Source: Chloroflexota bacterium (GTDB lineage: Bacteria > Chloroflexota > Anaerolineae > UBA2200). Taken from it: a stretch of 64,000 nucleotides of DNA. The translations under genes and the position numbers were made by a program. The notes beneath the pieces were generated by a model. The model searched no databases, was not told the origin of the DNA, and saw nothing but the letters and a program-made list of their open reading frames with translations. Numbering within the stretch: position 1 is the first letter of the stretch; the number at the start of each line of letters is the position of its first letter. Location of the stretch: positions 8,011 through 72,010 of the forward strand of contig JACIWW010000012.1 in the NCBI GenBank assembly GCA_014360905.1, in the 5' to 3' direction. Below, one piece after another: positions 36,375 through 46,281 of the stretch.

Positions 36375-39300
36375 CTATGGCGTCGGGAACAGGCTAGGCG
36401 TGGGTGCGGGAGTAGGCGGTGGGGGCAGCGTGGCTATGGGCGTCTGCACAGGTGCAGGTTGCCACATGAGATGGGTGGGATCCAACGGCGCGACACGCCC
36501 GTAAATGTCCCCCGCCCACATCTGCCCATCTGGAGCCAAAGCCAAGATGCAGATGCGCTCATCCAAATTGGTGGCCTCTTGCCAGTTCTGCCCGTTATCG
36601 GTAGAGCGGAGCAGCACTCTGGCTTCGCTTCCTCCATACAGCCCTTGCACCACCAGCACGTAAACCATCTGCTGCTCGGCGGTGCCTGGCGGGAAGAGGA
36701 AATGACAGGCCAAGATAGTGTAGTTCAACGCTGGGCCAACCTGTCTCCAACTCCGTCCGCCATCGGTAGAGCGCAGCAAGCCGTACTGTTCCGCGGCAAT
36801 GAACGCGGTTGTGTCTTGGCCAAAGCGTGGCGATAAAGCTAGCCCCTTGATGAGGTAGGTAGGAATGGGAAGCACGCCGATGCGCAGGATATTGCCTGTT
36901 CGCTCCGATGGGGCATAGAGAAGCGTTTGCCTGGCATATTGCTTGTCCTCGGCCAGGGCAATGAATGTAGGCTTCCCGACGCCGGTGAGTGCCATGGCGA
37001 TGTGCGTGGCCACAATGGGCGAGAGACGTGTCCAGCTCTGTCCAGCATCCTGAGTGTGGAAGATGCCGCTGTCGCCGGCGAGGAGCAGCGCAGTCCCATC
37101 CTGGCGGAAATTGGGGGATAAGGCCATGCCCCGCACGTGCAAGTCGGTTAGCCCAGTCATAGCAGGTTGCCAACTTCGGCCCCCATCTTGCGAACGGAAC
37201 AGTCCGTAAGGTTGCCAGAATTCACTGGAGAAGGCAAAGAACATACTGCTATCACCTGGCGCCGCCAGGATAGCAGGCTTGCCTGGAGTAGGTAATGCCC
37301 CTTTCACCAATAGCCAACCCCTGCCATCCCGCCGCAGCAGGCCAAGCACGCTGCCGGAATCCGCCTGGCTCACTGCCAGAACCGTCCCATCGGCGCTGAT
37401 GGCCAGTTGCTGCACTGGATGGAGAGGCAGCACATCCACCTCCTCCATTTCGGGCACAGAGAGTTGCCCGGGAATGAAGGTCAGCACGTCAGAGCTATTC
37501 GCAGCGGCTGTGTACAGACGGTGCCGTGCCGCGCTGAAAAGCGCGAACGGGGCATAGGCAAGGTTCAGCGACTGGTAGCCAATCACGTTGGCCGCGCTGG
37601 CATCTACCGTGACCAGCCCACCCCAATCCACTACGTACAGCAAGCCCCTTTCTGCATCGAGGAACAGTGGGCCGCCCAGCCCCTGCAAATGTGCCACCAG
37701 GTCGCCATTGCTCGTGTAGGCGGCTAGATCGGTGCTCGGAAAAGCGCTTGCCACCCAGATGCGATCGGGTCTCTCATGCACAGCCAGTCCGCGCACGAAT
37801 TGCTGGTATGCTTTGATGGGGCGTTCTATCCTCTGCAGGGTCGCTCCATCGTAAATCTGCAGCCAGGTGCTGGCGCTGGAGCCTGGGGAATTGTTGCTCA
37901 TGATGACGAACAACAAGTCATGTACCTGGTCGTAGTGGGCTTCGATGGCCCCAGGTACCACAAGCAAGGGATCCGTGCGCACCGTATCCTGGATCGCTCC
38001 ACTTATCTGATACGTGGTGCTGTCCACGACATAAACGCCTTGCTGGGTGATGAAGATGCGGTTGCGCGGCAAATCCGCGGCGATCTGTCCCGCTTTGGGG
38101 ATGGATGCCACGAGCGCGCCGGTGGCAGCATCCAGCACCAGCGTGACATCCTGTGCGAAATCCGCCACATAGAGCCGGCCATTGGCCACAGCCATGGGGG
38201 CGCGGAGCATGGCGTCGAAACCAGGGATCAGAATGTTGGACCATGTGCTGAGCAAATTCAGCATGGATGCATCCAAGACGTGCACAGCGCCGCTGGAATC
38301 GAGCACGAACAGACGACCCGAAGTGTCATCCAGTGCTGCACTCACCAGACGGATGCCCAGATGAATGGGCGCAGCGGCTTCGCCGGTTTGCATGCGAATG
38401 GCAGTCAGCATTTCGCTGGCCACTCCGCTTTGGCGCCAACTATAGAGCACACCCCGGTGAGCGAAAACTAAGCGGGGGTATCCAACATAGGTCCAATTCA
38501 TATAGGGAGTGTTCACGCTTCTCACCACTTGCCCGGACCCTGTGTCCACTGTACGTATCCTGGATTGAGGTTCCTCCGCTTTGCTGTCCTCCAGGAGCAG
38601 GAGATTGCCGCTATCGCGATCCAGCACGATTTGTCCGATCTCCCAGCCTGGGTCAGGTTCCCAGTAACTTGTGGACAGGCGTGTGCCCTGTATGAGGACC
38701 ACGCGCTTGGGGATGGTAGGCTGGGATGGCTCGGTCAGCACATAGGTTTGATCGCGATGCGGGGCAGAGAGGATGGTTACGATGCGCCCACCAGGGGCGA
38801 TGCCGGCTTCGTGGCGCAGGTCCTCCAGATGATAGACCGCGATGGCTTCACTGCCCGGCCCGGTGGCATAGAGCAGGCCAGCGTGGTGGTTCACGGTCAA
38901 CCAGGCAATGGAGAAGCCCGGGCCAGATTCTGGGAGGGTGACCTGTGCTTCCTCGGCCAAGGTCCGGGCATGTAGGCGACGCAATACCCCTTCGCCAGCA
39001 ACGTACAGCCGCTCTGCACTTGCATCGAGAGCCATCATACTCACATCATCCACTCTGCCTAGAATGGTGCCTAGTGGCTCAGTGCCAGCGCCCGTGCTCA
39101 CTACGAGCAGTCTATTGCCTGCGTTGCTGCCCCGGTCTACGATGTACAGGCGCGTGCCATCGCTGGACAGCGCTACCTGCGGAATCTCGATGAAGGCAGC
39201 GGGCATTGGCACAGAGGTACGCACCTGAGCACGATTCAGGTCCACCATCGTCAAGACGCCCTGGCCGATGCTGGCATCACCACCCGACGCCAGCACGTAG

Positions 39301-39587
39301 AGCAGCCCACGCGCATTATCCACAGCAGTGGCGCGGATGTCGTAGGTATCTCCAGCCGGCACACCCAAATCAGTGCTACCGGTCGCTTCCGGGGTAGGAG
39401 ACGGGGAAGGCGAAGGCGTGTACGTGGCGAATGGATAGGGCGTTGCAGTAGCGGCAGCAGGCGTCGCAGTAGGGCTAGCCAGCACCGTGGGGGTAGAAGT
39501 GGGCGTGGGCGTCCTGAAGATGAGTTGGCAGCCAGTGGTCAATAACAGGGCCAGGCACAGACCTGCAATTAGGCATATGCGACGCAT
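36375..39587 (-). CDS. Large lipoprotein (1070 aa) with beta-propeller repeats and C-terminal Asp-box/BNR repeats (Ycf48/sialidase-like)
   Basis: RBS GGAGGGG. Lipobox LLLTTGC. Asp-boxes RSQDGGRSW, TQDAGQSW, RSTDGGRSW, RSTDNGQNW. Confidence 0.7.
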   Translation of the reverse strand: MRRICLIAGLCLALLLTTGCQLIFRTPTPTSTPTVLASPTATPAAATATPYPFATYTPSPSPSPTPEATGSTDLGVPAGDTYDIRATAVDNARGLLYVLASGGDASIGQGVLTMVDLNRAQVRTSVPMPAAFIEIPQVALSSDGTRLYIVDRGSNAGNRLLVVSTGAGTEPLGTILGRVDDVSMMALDASAERLYVAGEGVLRRLHARTLAEEAQVTLPESGPGFSIAWLTVNHHAGLLYATGPGSEAIAVYHLEDLRHEAGIAPGGRIVTILSAPHRDQTYVLTEPSQPTIPKRVVLIQGTRLSTSYWEPDPGWEIGQIVLDRDSGNLLLLEDSKAEEPQSRIRTVDTGSGQVVRSVNTPYMNWTYVGYPRLVFAHRGVLYSWRQSGVASEMLTAIRMQTGEAAAPIHLGIRLVSAALDDTSGRLFVLDSSGAVHVLDASMLNLLSTWSNILIPGFDAMLRAPMAVANGRLYVADFAQDVTLVLDAATGALVASIPKAGQIAADLPRNRIFITQQGVYVVDSTTYQISGAIQDTVRTDPLLVVPGAIEAHYDQVHDLLFVIMSNNSPGSSASTWLQIYDGATLQRIERPIKAYQQFVRGLAVHERPDRIWVASAFPSTDLAAYTSNGDLVAHLQGLGGPLFLDAERGLLYVVDWGGLVTVDASAANVIGYQSLNLAYAPFALFSAARHRLYTAAANSSDVLTFIPGQLSVPEMEEVDVLPLHPVQQLAISADGTVLAVSQADSGSVLGLLRRDGRGWLLVKGALPTPGKPAILAAPGDSSMFFAFSSEFWQPYGLFRSQDGGRSWQPAMTGLTDLHVRGMALSPNFRQDGTALLLAGDSGIFHTQDAGQSWTRLSPIVATHIAMALTGVGKPTFIALAEDKQYARQTLLYAPSERTGNILRIGVLPIPTYLIKGLALSPRFGQDTTAFIAAEQYGLLRSTDGGRSWRQVGPALNYTILACHFLFPPGTAEQQMVYVLVVQGLYGGSEARVLLRSTDNGQNWQEATNLDERICILALAPDGQMWAGDIYGRVAPLDPTHLMWQPAPVQTPIATLPPPPTPAPTPSLFPTP

Positions 39588-39624
39588 GTTCCCCTCCGCT
39601 TCCGTTTTTACACATTACGTTTTT

Positions 39625-40455
39625 CTATACGTGCTTTCCCAGCCACTCCACCATCATGTCAAAGACCTGTTGCTGTTCGGGTTCGTTGTGCATCTCGTGG
39701 TACAGGCCATCCCACAGTCTGAAAGTGCAATCGCCCGGGACACGTGCGGCAAATTCACGGCTGGCCTGCGCGGAACAGATAGGGTCGTCTGCACCGTGCA
39801 TGAGCAGGAGCGGCAGTGGGAATTCCGCTGCGTGCTCCAGGGCCCATTCGCCGGCCGTGAGCATATCCATAGCCAAGCGTGCCGAGACGCGGTTGTGCAC
39901 GAGTGGGTCCTGGATATAGGCGTCCACCACCTTTTGGTCGTGGGCAAGTCCCCGTGGGTCCAGTTCATTGCTCAGAGAGAAGGCGGGCAACAGGCTGTAC
40001 AGCGTCTTGCCCAGCCAGAGCTTCCATGCGGGCGGCTGGAAGGCTGTGCGCAGCAAGGGTGAAGTGACGATGGTGCCAGAGAGTTGTGGCTTGCGGCGCA
40101 GGGCATAGCTCAGCACCAGGATGCCGCCCATGCTGTGGCCGTACAGGAAGAGCGGATGGTCTGGGAAACGCTGCTTCGCTTCCTGTAGGAATTGGCCGAT
40201 GTCATCTAGCAGAGCATCCCAGGAGGGAGCGTGCCCGCGCTGTCCCTGCGATTTTCCGTGTCCGCGCAGGTCAAAGCCCAGCAAGACGTAGCCAGCACGG
40301 TTCAGCGCCGCCGCGACGTGATGGTAGCGACTACTGTGTTCTCCCAGGCCATGCACCAGGCAGACCACAGCACGAGGCGTGTCCTCTGGAAGCCAATCCC
40401 GGGCAAAGAGCTGCAAGCCATCAGAAGTCTGGAATGTGCGTTCAGAGCTTGGCAC
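39625..40455 (-). CDS. Alpha/beta hydrolase (lysophospholipase / monoacylglycerol-lipase-like)
   Basis: GTG start at 40455 with GGAGGTG RBS 5 nt upstream. The track ORF's 28-aa N-extension has no RBS. Motifs HGLGEHS and GHSMGG. Confidence 0.8.
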   Translation of the reverse strand: MPSSERTFQTSDGLQLFARDWLPEDTPRAVVCLVHGLGEHSSRYHHVAAALNRAGYVLLGFDLRGHGKSQGQRGHAPSWDALLDDIGQFLQEAKQRFPDHPLFLYGHSMGGILVLSYALRRKPQLSGTIVTSPLLRTAFQPPAWKLWLGKTLYSLLPAFSLSNELDPRGLAHDQKVVDAYIQDPLVHNRVSARLAMDMLTAGEWALEHAAEFPLPLLLMHGADDPICSAQASREFAARVPGDCTFRLWDGLYHEMHNEPEQQQVFDMMVEWLGKHV

Positions 40456-40565
40456 TTGGCACCTCCATTGGTGTGAGATTGTCGTGCAGTTATATGATAC
40501 TGTCAAATGAACCAGAGGGCAAGTGGGGGAGTGAGGCATGTTGCGTGAGGTTTTATCGCCTGGCG

Positions 40566-40925
40566 TGGAGTTCGTAGTGAGCGCTTCAGCGCTTATTGGT
40601 GCCAGGGAGTGAAATCCCTGGCTAAAAATGACAAGCCCCTTTCAGGGGCTTGCTCACGTTCAGCCGAGGAATTCACTCCCCGACCAAGGAATGCTGGGCA
40701 TGGGAGCCCAGCCTGCTGCGCCTTTGCAGAGGCGGCTCCCCCTGGGTGAGTTTGTAGTGAGCGCTTCAGCGCTTATTGGTGCCAGGGATTGAAATCCCTG
40801 GCTAAAAATGACAAGCCCCTTTCAGGGGCTTGCTCACGTTCAGCCGGGGAATTCACTCCCCGACCAAGGAATGCTGGGCATGGGAGCCCAGCCTGCTGCG
40901 CCTTTGCAGAGGCGGCTCCCATGCC
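40566..40925. repeat. ~180-bp tandem duplication (2 copies, ~98% identical) composed of REP-like hairpin modules
   Basis: 40566-40745 and 40746-40925 align with about 4 mismatches. Contains GAGCGCTTCAGCGCTT, CCAGGGATTGAAATCCCTGG, AAGCCCCTTTCAGGGGCTT and GGGAGCC...GGCTCCC. Confidence 0.85.
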
Positions 40926-40989
40926 GCCATCGTCCGGGCACTCTGTCATCGCGAGCCGCCGCAGGCGGACCACAGGCCGTCACGAGCAG

Positions 40990-41180
40990 TTGAGTGGCAG
41001 CCATCAACGAATAGGGGAACGAATAAACGAATGGGTAGTGATTCGTTCATTCGTTTTGGCGCAGCCATTCGTTGACGGCATCCCTGCTCCAGGCGGACAA
41101 CAGGTCGCCGTCTCTTGGCGTGGACTGTTGTCCACGCCGAGCAGAAGAAGGCGGCTAGAAAAGCCGCCCTACCTATTCAA
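40990..41180. repeat. ACGAAT-iteron hairpin element (41003-41080) followed by REP-like modules (GGCGGACAACAGGTCGCC, GTGGACTGTTGTCCAC, GGCGGCTAGAAAAGCCGCC)
   Basis: TCAACGAATAGGGGAACGAATAAACGAATGGG...ATTCGTTCATTCGTTTTGGCGCAGCCATTCGTTGA. Confidence 0.7.
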
Positions 41181-41699
41181 GGCTTGGTAGCGGGTCCGAA
41201 AATGCTCCAACAACCTCAGATGTAATGTAAATAGTTGCCAATTTTACTGGTTCATGGTAAAATGATGTTGGTTGCTGACAGCTAACCCCTGAACTAGGGA
41301 AGTACGGATAGGATATGGTGATCTGGAAGTTGCCTTAGGACCTCTATCCAATTCACCTGGCCCAGCGCTTGCTGAAAGCGAAGAACAGCCGTGAAACCAA
41401 GAGGCCGAAGTTGCTTGCCTAAATACAACATTGGTGCGCACTTGCTCATGGCCAAGGCTTTGAACCATGTTCCCTTTTTGCGCAACCCGCTATGTATGCA
41501 CAGGTTGTGCGAGCAATGGCGGACCCTGCACGCCCGATATGACTCCCGCACTCTGGGCTTTGCTCCCCGATCACACGAGATTCTAGGAACCTCTTATTTC
41601 CCGACGTTTGGACCAAATGCGCCTAGCGCGGGAACCGCTTGGTTCTCACGGTCATGCTATACTTGAGGTAGTGAAAGCATTGAGCAAAGGAGGGGCAGC

Positions 41700-42707
41700 A
41701 TGGACTATGAGCAATGGCTGCCGGGTCAAGGACGTGACAACACAATCCGTCGTACGGCGCGCGTCCTGGAGATCATCCAGCAGATTGCTGTAGCACCGCA
41801 TCGCTGGAGCCGACGGGCCCTGGCCGAACGCCATGAAGTCTCCGAGCGGATGATCCAGAAGGATTTAGAACTCATTCGTTACCGCTTGGGCTTGTCTCTG
41901 GTGCACGAGAACGGCACCTATTACTTCGAACGGCTTCCCCATCTGCCAACTACAACCTATTCTTTGCCCGAGGCTTTGGCACTGCTGGCGGCAGCACGGG
42001 CAGCGCAGGCTATCCCCGGCATCAATTCAGCGGAACTGGCGGCAGCAATCGCTAGGCTAGAGTCCATCTTTCCGCCGGAATTCGGGCGCTTGGTGCGTGA
42101 AGCCACGGAGAAACTGCCTCGCCAAGCGATCAAAGCACACCGTCAGATCATGCTTTCCCTATTGCACAGAGCCTTGGCCGAACGGAGACGGGTTAGGATG
42201 ATTTATGCCACCGGCTCCCGTGCAGGCGAAGTGAGCGAACGAGTGGTGGAGCCATATCACATCATGGCTTATGGCCGTTCCTGGCACCTCATTGCCTACG
42301 ACCATTGTCGTGGGGAGGTGCTCCAGTTCAAGGTGGACCGTGTGCAGGAGGCCGAGATACTGGATACGACCTACACTGTGCCCCGGGATTTTGACGTGGA
42401 TGCTTATCTGGGTGATACGTGGGGACTGATGCGTGGGGCGGCGGGGGAGCCGGAGCGGGTGGTGCTCCAGTTTGAGCCACAAGCTGGGCGATGGGTGGCA
42501 GAGGAATCGTGGCACAAAAGCCAGGAATGTGAGGTGCTGCCCGACGGCTGCGTGCAGGTAACCTTCCACGTCGGCGTGACACCGGAGATGATCAACTGGC
42601 TGCTCTACTACGGCAGTCGAGTGCAAGTTCTGGAGCCGGCCTGGCTGCGGGAGCGCGTGGCAGAGGAGCATCAGAGAGCGGCGGAGATGAACCAAGTTGG
42701 CGCTTGA
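41700..42707 (+). CDS. WYL-domain transcriptional regulator (HTH-WYL-WCX), probable regulator of the adjacent cas operon
   Basis: RBS AAAGGAGGGG. N-terminal HTH. WYL core GRSWHLIAYDHCRGEVLQFKVDRV. Confidence 0.8.
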   Translation: MDYEQWLPGQGRDNTIRRTARVLEIIQQIAVAPHRWSRRALAERHEVSERMIQKDLELIRYRLGLSLVHENGTYYFERLPHLPTTTYSLPEALALLAAARAAQAIPGINSAELAAAIARLESIFPPEFGRLVREATEKLPRQAIKAHRQIMLSLLHRALAERRRVRMIYATGSRAGEVSERVVEPYHIMAYGRSWHLIAYDHCRGEVLQFKVDRVQEAEILDTTYTVPRDFDVDAYLGDTWGLMRGAAGEPERVVLQFEPQAGRWVAEESWHKSQECEVLPDGCVQVTFHVGVTPEMINWLLYYGSRVQVLEPAWLRERVAEEHQRAAEMNQVGA

Positions 42708-42894
42708 CCAACACGGTGATACAAGCCAGTAGAGCTGTGGCTCAACGTGTGAACAGCGATTCAGGCACTGTTGTGAGGGAGTTTGTGGCTGGAGATCGCA
42801 TAGGAGATAAGCCAGAGGTGACAAAAATGGCTGGATAAACGCTGAATCCATGCGTGTATCACTACTATCCGATCCAAATATGGGGGTGCAAGTC

Positions 42895-45576
42895 ATGGAA
42901 TATAACGTTATCTATAAAGCAATTGAATGGATGTTGAATCGTGGTTGGAAGCAGCTGACAGCTAAAAGCCGCTACTTCGAGCAGAGCTTGTTTGAACATG
43001 CATTGGTAGAACTAGATGCTTTGCTTCAAATTCTGCCGATCCTCAGGTTACCTAACCATTTCAACTTATCCGAGGAAGAAGAAAGGGTGCTCATCATGTC
43101 GCTTGTCGCCCATGATGTAGGAAAGGAGCGACCTGAGTGGCAAGAATATATTTTGGGGCGGCGAGGTTTTGTGCCAGACATTGACCCTGCCTTGACCAAA
43201 AAGGTTGTGCCCGATCTTGCCCAAGCACTTGGCTTTGAGGGGCTCAATGAACAAGTGATAGCGGTTATCGAGAACTGCGTGAACCTGCATATGAGCGGTG
43301 CGCGGGGTGATGCCAATGTTGTCCAGGCTATATTACAGGGCACAAATCGGTGGTATACCCTGGCGAACATCGTGTACCATATTGACAATATCTGCTCGGC
43401 CAAAGGGGTGTTCGAGGCTATGAATGCTCTGGAGCGAAGCCCCCTGCGAAAGCACCTTGAGCCAGCATACCACCAAGTGGTTATTCGGGGCGTCTCCACG
43501 ACGATGTTACATCGGGCTGCTTTGGAAAGCTTCGTAGAAGCTGGCTGGCGACCTCTATTGCACTTCAGCAATGCCAGTTTGTACGTTTGCTCGGCTGCAC
43601 AACGCGTGCTGGAGCCTTCTGCCAGCAATATCAAGTATAAATTGTCAAATATCCTCGAAGAAGCTACAGGGCGTGAGGTAATAGAATTCATGGTCGGCAG
43701 CCCCGTTGCTAGCATCATGCCCAAGCCCGAGCTATTCGACTATCGCGAGGTACGGCAATATTTAGAAAACGCAGCGAAGAAAATCGGGCGTGTTGCTTTT
43801 GCAAAGAAGGAAGAGAATGCGCGAAAAAGTACTGTCACCACATACTTGACCTTCAAACGTTTATCCGAAGAGGGCTATGAACTTAGCAAACTAACGATTA
43901 AGCAGGCCAAAGGCTCATCGCTTTGGGATGAGATCGCCACAGCACTAAGCCCGTCCGAGCTTGCATTGCAAACGGAAAGGATCAGTGCTGCCTATCCGGA
44001 AATGATGGTCTTCAAGTTCTTCAAGGCGATGATGGAAAAGGAGATAGTCGGCAATGAAGGTGCAGAGATTGCCCGAAAGGAGTACGAAGCGGTGTTCGGG
44101 CCAGGTTCATGGGCCGCACTGCTCAGCACCTCGACTCTCATGCCTGCACAGGATATGGCCAAGACAGTAGATCTTTTTTGGAAGCTTCCAGGCCGGCGAT
44201 TTGAATTATCAGTGACCAAGGTAGAAGAACTCGAGCCGAAGGAGCGCACTGAGTTGTTGATCGATACCCTTACGAACATCGCTAATCAAGTCTATGCTGC
44301 AATAGAACAGCCACCTACCCGGGCCACGCTGGCAGGGGAGATGGCGGCAGGTTTTGTCCAAGACTTGGTGCATCCGGTGGAGAAAGTAGATCTGGCTGAG
44401 CTGGCGCGTCATCAATTGGAATTCTATGCTGCCTCCAAGCCCGTTGCTGGCAAGGAACTCAAAAACGCCCAATTCCTCTGTCCTATCTGTAACTCACCCT
44501 TTGAATCGGGCACCAAAGCGAAGGCAGATTTCATCAACAAGCCCGAGTCCCACACCAACCGCGCCATCTCTCACGGACCCTTTGGCTACGTAATGATCTG
44601 CGATACTTGCAAGTACGAGCGCATCCTACGCCAGCTTCTCTTGGGAGAAAGAGCCAAGGAGTTAATCGTGATCTTTCCCCGCATGAACATCGGACCGGGA
44701 GCAGGTGAACTACTGGTTCGCAAGGCTCAAGCCCTCTACGATAAAGCCTATGCTATCATGACAGGCGAAACTACAGACCCCGATCAGCGAATTTGGCTAG
44801 CATTCACGCCTATTATCGCCAGCAACATTCTGGATCGTGACATCTATCGCCTGACACCCGAGCAACTTGTCGATCTGCTTTCGTATCGCACAGGAGAGCA
44901 AGACCGCCGCAAGAACTGGCGTGAACTAAGCAAGGCCATCAAGGAAGCGTACGGTGAGGATTTGGAAGGAGCTAACCTGGAATGGGGTACCGAGTTCGCC
45001 ACATGGGAAGAGGCTATTGACGAGGTCATTGCTAATCGGGTTGACGATCCCACGGTCCGCCAGATTCGGGCCGAGGTTTATGGGCTCCGCCCGCAGATGA
45101 AACTGGTTTGCCAAACACCACATATGATTATGCTGCCGATGACCTATTCCATTGTCCTGGGTGATGACTCCGAGACTAACGCGGCGTTGCGGCGGGTCTT
45201 TGTAGCCCTCTTGTTGGGCCTGGCCTTGGATGCTTCAGTGGCCATCGTCCGAGACAGTGAAGAGATTGACTTCCAAGGTGGGGAAGGCGTGGCCTATGTG
45301 CCCCCGGTGGCGGCGGCAAGAGCACTCATCGGTACCAACTGGGTCCCCATTCACCAGGCCGAGCGCTGGCTTCGAGCCATTGGGCTGGCTAGCATTCTGG
45401 CTAGTGCTGGGCAGTACTCTGAGCGCTCTGGCCTTTTCGAGGTACTGACAGCACCAACCCTAGGTCACATTCTGAGACGGATCGAACAACAGAGGGAGAA
45501 GGATCAAAGAAAATTTAGCTACCAAGATATTGCTTACCTTAAAGCCTTTGGGGAGGTGATGCCTATGGTGCATTAG
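42895..45576 (+). CDS. cas10d: Cas10d (type I-D large subunit) with N-terminal HD nuclease domain and Zn-finger
   Basis: HD motifs (FEHALV..., LVAHDVGK). Cys-rich treble clef CPICNSPF...CDTCKYE. ~900 aa. Confidence 0.8.
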   Translation: MEYNVIYKAIEWMLNRGWKQLTAKSRYFEQSLFEHALVELDALLQILPILRLPNHFNLSEEEERVLIMSLVAHDVGKERPEWQEYILGRRGFVPDIDPALTKKVVPDLAQALGFEGLNEQVIAVIENCVNLHMSGARGDANVVQAILQGTNRWYTLANIVYHIDNICSAKGVFEAMNALERSPLRKHLEPAYHQVVIRGVSTTMLHRAALESFVEAGWRPLLHFSNASLYVCSAAQRVLEPSASNIKYKLSNILEEATGREVIEFMVGSPVASIMPKPELFDYREVRQYLENAAKKIGRVAFAKKEENARKSTVTTYLTFKRLSEEGYELSKLTIKQAKGSSLWDEIATALSPSELALQTERISAAYPEMMVFKFFKAMMEKEIVGNEGAEIARKEYEAVFGPGSWAALLSTSTLMPAQDMAKTVDLFWKLPGRRFELSVTKVEELEPKERTELLIDTLTNIANQVYAAIEQPPTRATLAGEMAAGFVQDLVHPVEKVDLAELARHQLEFYAASKPVAGKELKNAQFLCPICNSPFESGTKAKADFINKPESHTNRAISHGPFGYVMICDTCKYERILRQLLLGERAKELIVIFPRMNIGPGAGELLVRKAQALYDKAYAIMTGETTDPDQRIWLAFTPIIASNILDRDIYRLTPEQLVDLLSYRTGEQDRRKNWRELSKAIKEAYGEDLEGANLEWGTEFATWEEAIDEVIANRVDDPTVRQIRAEVYGLRPQMKLVCQTPHMIMLPMTYSIVLGDDSETNAALRRVFVALLLGLALDASVAIVRDSEEIDFQGGEGVAYVPPVAAARALIGTNWVPIHQAERWLRAIGLASILASAGQYSERSGLFEVLTAPTLGHILRRIEQQREKDQRKFSYQDIAYLKAFGEVMPMVH

Positions 45577-45630
45577 TGAAATTCCAGCCAATATTGACAC
45601 CGATTCAATTAGACGAGAGGAGGTCTATTC

Positions 45631-46281
45631 ATGAGAACACCGATTTTTGTGCGGGTCGAACGATTTGACTTGGAAAGTGTGGCACCCCGGATTGAAGCTA
45701 TCCGGAACGACTTCGAGCGCTACCTAGACAGCTATCCGGTAAGGGCGGCACGCAGCAAACACAGCCTCATGGGGCCAGTGGGTAAGCTCTTGCAGGAGGC
45801 CAAGACCGGCAAATGGGACGCCGAAGCCCTAACTGGCTATGCCCTCAATATCCACCTCTCCAACCCGAGGGCCAAAGGGTTCATCAGTCAGGAAGCCAGG
45901 GAGGCTCTAAAGGATGGCGTCAGCAAGTTAATGACTCTGCTGCACGAAGTCCCGCCCACCGCCCAGGACAAGATCCTGGATCGTATTGACTACGGTCTGT
46001 ACTTCATCCGCCGGGCCAAAGGGCTGGAATGGCTGGAGGACGTGCGTCGAGAATTTGTCCAATTCCTGCGGAAGCGCTACAACTCTGCTGAGGAACTGGC
46101 AAAGGCGTGGGGGGAGAAACTGGAGAACATAGGGCAGGATTTTGAGAGAATCCCCTACCCCAGCCGTCGGCTGTTTGAGGAAGCCAAGGATCAGAAGAAG
46201 AAGGACATTGCCGAGTTTGCTGAAAAAATCGCCAAACTGAAAGGCTACGAACTCGTCGAAGAAGAGGAGGAGGAACTCTAA
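45631..46281 (+). CDS. Uncharacterised 216-aa alpha-helical protein embedded between cas10d and cas7d. Possible stand-alone small-subunit (Cas11-like) or accessory protein. Acidic C-terminus EEEEEEL.
   Basis: Strong RBS GAGGAGG. 1-nt overlap (TAATG) with the cas7d start, so translationally coupled. No recognisable motif. Confidence 0.5.
   Translation: MRTPIFVRVERFDLESVAPRIEAIRNDFERYLDSYPVRAARSKHSLMGPVGKLLQEAKTGKWDAEALTGYALNIHLSNPRAKGFISQEAREALKDGVSKLMTLLHEVPPTAQDKILDRIDYGLYFIRRAKGLEWLEDVRREFVQFLRKRYNSAEELAKAWGEKLENIGQDFERIPYPSRRLFEEAKDQKKKDIAEFAEKIAKLKGYELVEEEEEEL

Noticed and set aside
41391-41666. 91-aa ORF in the region upstream of the WYL regulator
   Set aside because: No RBS, composition atypical (Cys/His/Arg-rich), sits in a repeat-containing intergenic region. 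Probably non-coding, though a small RNA or promoter here is not excluded.
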